Below, piece by piece: positions 62,573 to 64,000 of a DNA stretch of 64,000 nucleotides. The stretch covers positions 1,472,001-1,536,000 of the forward strand of contig CP000066.1 in NCBI GenBank assembly GCA_000002445.1, written 5' to 3'. The stretch's first letter is position 1. Every line of letters begins with the position of its first letter. The notes under the pieces were generated by a model. The model was not told the origin of the DNA and did no database searches. It saw nothing but the letters and a program-made list of their open reading frames with translations. The position numbers and the translations under genes were made by a program. Source of the stretch: Trypanosoma brucei (taxonomy: Eukaryota).

Positions 62573-63249
62573 TGCTAGTTTAGAATTCAAATTTGTTTGC
62601 TAGTTTGTTTTCTCGTCTCGATCTTTTTGACCAGACGACTTCTTCCTTGTGTAGTTTCTATTCGTCATTTTATATTCGCACAGGGAGTCGAGCAACAACT
62701 CTGTCAGATACACATTTTGTTCTTCGCACATTTATGGAAGCAATTGCTTCCGTGTGTTTAGTGCATAGAAAACACTTGCTGTGAAGTATTTTCATGCTCT
62801 TGTCACTGTAATCTTCCTTTCTTTCTTTTTTTTTTTACAACATAACGTCGACTTAATAAGACATTTTTATGTCATTTCTCTCTCTCTCTCTACGCAACCT
62901 CTCAACTTATTCTGTTGTTGTTAATGTGTTGTTTAATTCGGTGTATTACCAACCACCCATTCTTACTTGCTACCACCCGTTAGAATTTACATTTTCCCTT
63001 CACCGTTTCTTCCCTTTGAATAAGTACTTCAATCACTTCGCTAGCGGCACGGTTTCAAGTGTCAAAAGGAAGGCAAAGCAAAGATAACGGTGAGTATTAT
63101 TGCTTATATTATACATATATATAAACATAATTATCAATACATATTTGTGAAGACAACGAAGGAATAGGGAGGAAAAAGAAAAAGAAGAAAGAAAAAAAAA
63201 AGAGAGAAGGAACAGAATAAGCAATTCTGATTTTGCTCCGAGGAATAAT

Positions 63250-64000
63250 ATGACATCCCGACCCTTGACGGGGTTGCGGGCGCCCTCATCTATGGGAGTG
63301 GCAGGTGGACTCGTCACAGCAGGTATGAGACCAACAACAACATCAGGTGGTGGCACAACGTTAGGACGCATTCAGGCAAAGATTCAAGACGGTAATTTCA
63401 CCGCCACGGTATACGGGTACATTCGAGATCATAAATATGACGAAGCAATTGAGGTGCTTCTCCTTCAATTGGACGAGTTCCCGCGTAGCCGCGCAGCCAT
63501 TTCCCTCATTGCCTACTGCTACTACCACGTTGGGGATTTTGCGGAGGCGGCACGCATGTATCAACAGCTAGTAAAGATATGCCCAAATGTGGAAGAATAC
63601 CGTGTTTATCTCTGCCAATCACTTTATAAAGCTGGAGCGTACGTGGAAGCAAGCAAGATGTGCACTATGATCGAGTCTGAGCAATATTCCATGCGGTTGA
63701 TGAAGTTGCAGGCCTCGATAGCGTACGAACAGGAGGAAATTCCACAAACAAAGTCATTCTTGGAAAAATGCCCGCCAGAGGACCCTGAAGTAATTATACT
63801 GCAGGGTTGTGTATTGTGCAATGAAGGCAGTTATGAGGAAGCGCTAGCAAAGTTTCAGGAGGCGCAGGCTGGTTTGGGTTTCAAGCCAGATCTTGCGTAC
63901 AACATTGCTTTAACGTACTACCGGATGCAACAGTACGGACCATCACTCAAGCACATCGCGGAAATTATTGAGCGCGGGATTCAAGAACACCCCGAACTTA
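63250..64000 (+). CDS. IFT70: intraflagellar transport protein IFT70 (TTC30/DYF-1; PIFTB2 in trypanosomes), 5' portion only; the gene continues beyond the window
   Basis: ATG at 63250. The translation aligns closely to human TTC30A over the first ~250 aa: GNFTATVYGYIRDHKYDEAIEVL versus GEFTALVYRLIRDARYAEAVQLL; PRSRAAISLIAYCYYHVGDF versus PRSRAALSLLGYCYYRLQEF; and LKHIAEIIERGIQEHPEL is near-identical to LKHIAEIIERGIRQHPEL. Not in the ORF track because the ORF runs off the end. Confidence 0.9.
   Translation, partial: MTSRPLTGLRAPSSMGVAGGLVTAGMRPTTTSGGGTTLGRIQAKIQDGNFTATVYGYIRDHKYDEAIEVLLLQLDEFPRSRAAISLIAYCYYHVGDFAEAARMYQQLVKICPNVEEYRVYLCQSLYKAGAYVEASKMCTMIESEQYSMRLMKLQASIAYEQEEIPQTKSFLEKCPPEDPEVIILQGCVLCNEGSYEEALAKFQEAQAGLGFKPDLAYNIALTYYRMQQYGPSLKHIAEIIERGIQEHPEL

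Noticed and set aside
1-64000. A prokaryote-style multi-gene system (defence island, toxin-antitoxin, CRISPR, biosynthetic cluster)
   Set aside because: The sequence shows no bacterial hallmarks. It shows eukaryotic or kinetoplastid ones: SR proteins, SF3b49, Sec24, IFT70, RIO1, polypyrimidine/AG trans-splice signals, kb-scale spacers. In this genome type, adjacent genes in a polycistron are not functionally organised, so no system-level call is justified.

Overview
This window reads as a chromosome-internal region of a kinetoplastid nuclear genome, most like the African trypanosome (Trypanosoma brucei) group; the organism call is inference from sequence style only. The reasons are: all convincing ORFs (about 26) sit on the + strand as one directional polycistronic cluster; ORFs are separated by 0.3-4.6 kb spacers that are T/GT-rich and carry polypyrimidine tracts followed by AG ahead of each start codon, which fits SL trans-splicing; (TA)n, (TG)n and homopolymer microsatellites are abundant in the spacers; there are no introns, no Shine-Dalgarno or operon-like organisation, no CRISPR and no obvious rRNA genes. 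I can support these products from conserved motifs read in the translations: CCCH zinc-finger protein with polyQ; SF3b49/SF3B4 splicing factor; a 944-aa coiled-coil plus C-terminal C2-domain protein; a C2H2 (U1/matrin-type) zinc-finger protein; a 2128-aa protein whose C-terminal 40% is ~19.5 near-identical 135-bp (45-aa) strongly acidic tandem repeats; a UBA-like/UAS/UBX protein; ArfGAP; Hsp70-interacting protein Hip; an FHA-domain protein; an SPKK-rich SAP-like basic protein; tubulin-tyrosine-ligase-like enzyme; RING-H2 E3; RIO1 kinase; Sec24; an ATRX/ARIP4-like SNF2 ATPase (1497 aa); a RanBP2-ZnF/RS-domain RNA-binding protein; protein phosphatase inhibitor-2; IFT70/TTC30 (partial at the window end); and several hypothetical or membrane proteins. 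I find no evidence of a clustered multi-gene system such as a defence island or biosynthetic cluster. Gene order in kinetoplastid polycistrons is not functionally organised, so this is an ordinary housekeeping core region. The most unusual element is the giant acidic repeat protein and its homogenised repeat array. Secondary curiosities are a 4.6-kb ORF-free stretch downstream of the CCCH gene and several trinucleotide or low-complexity tracts inside coding regions.
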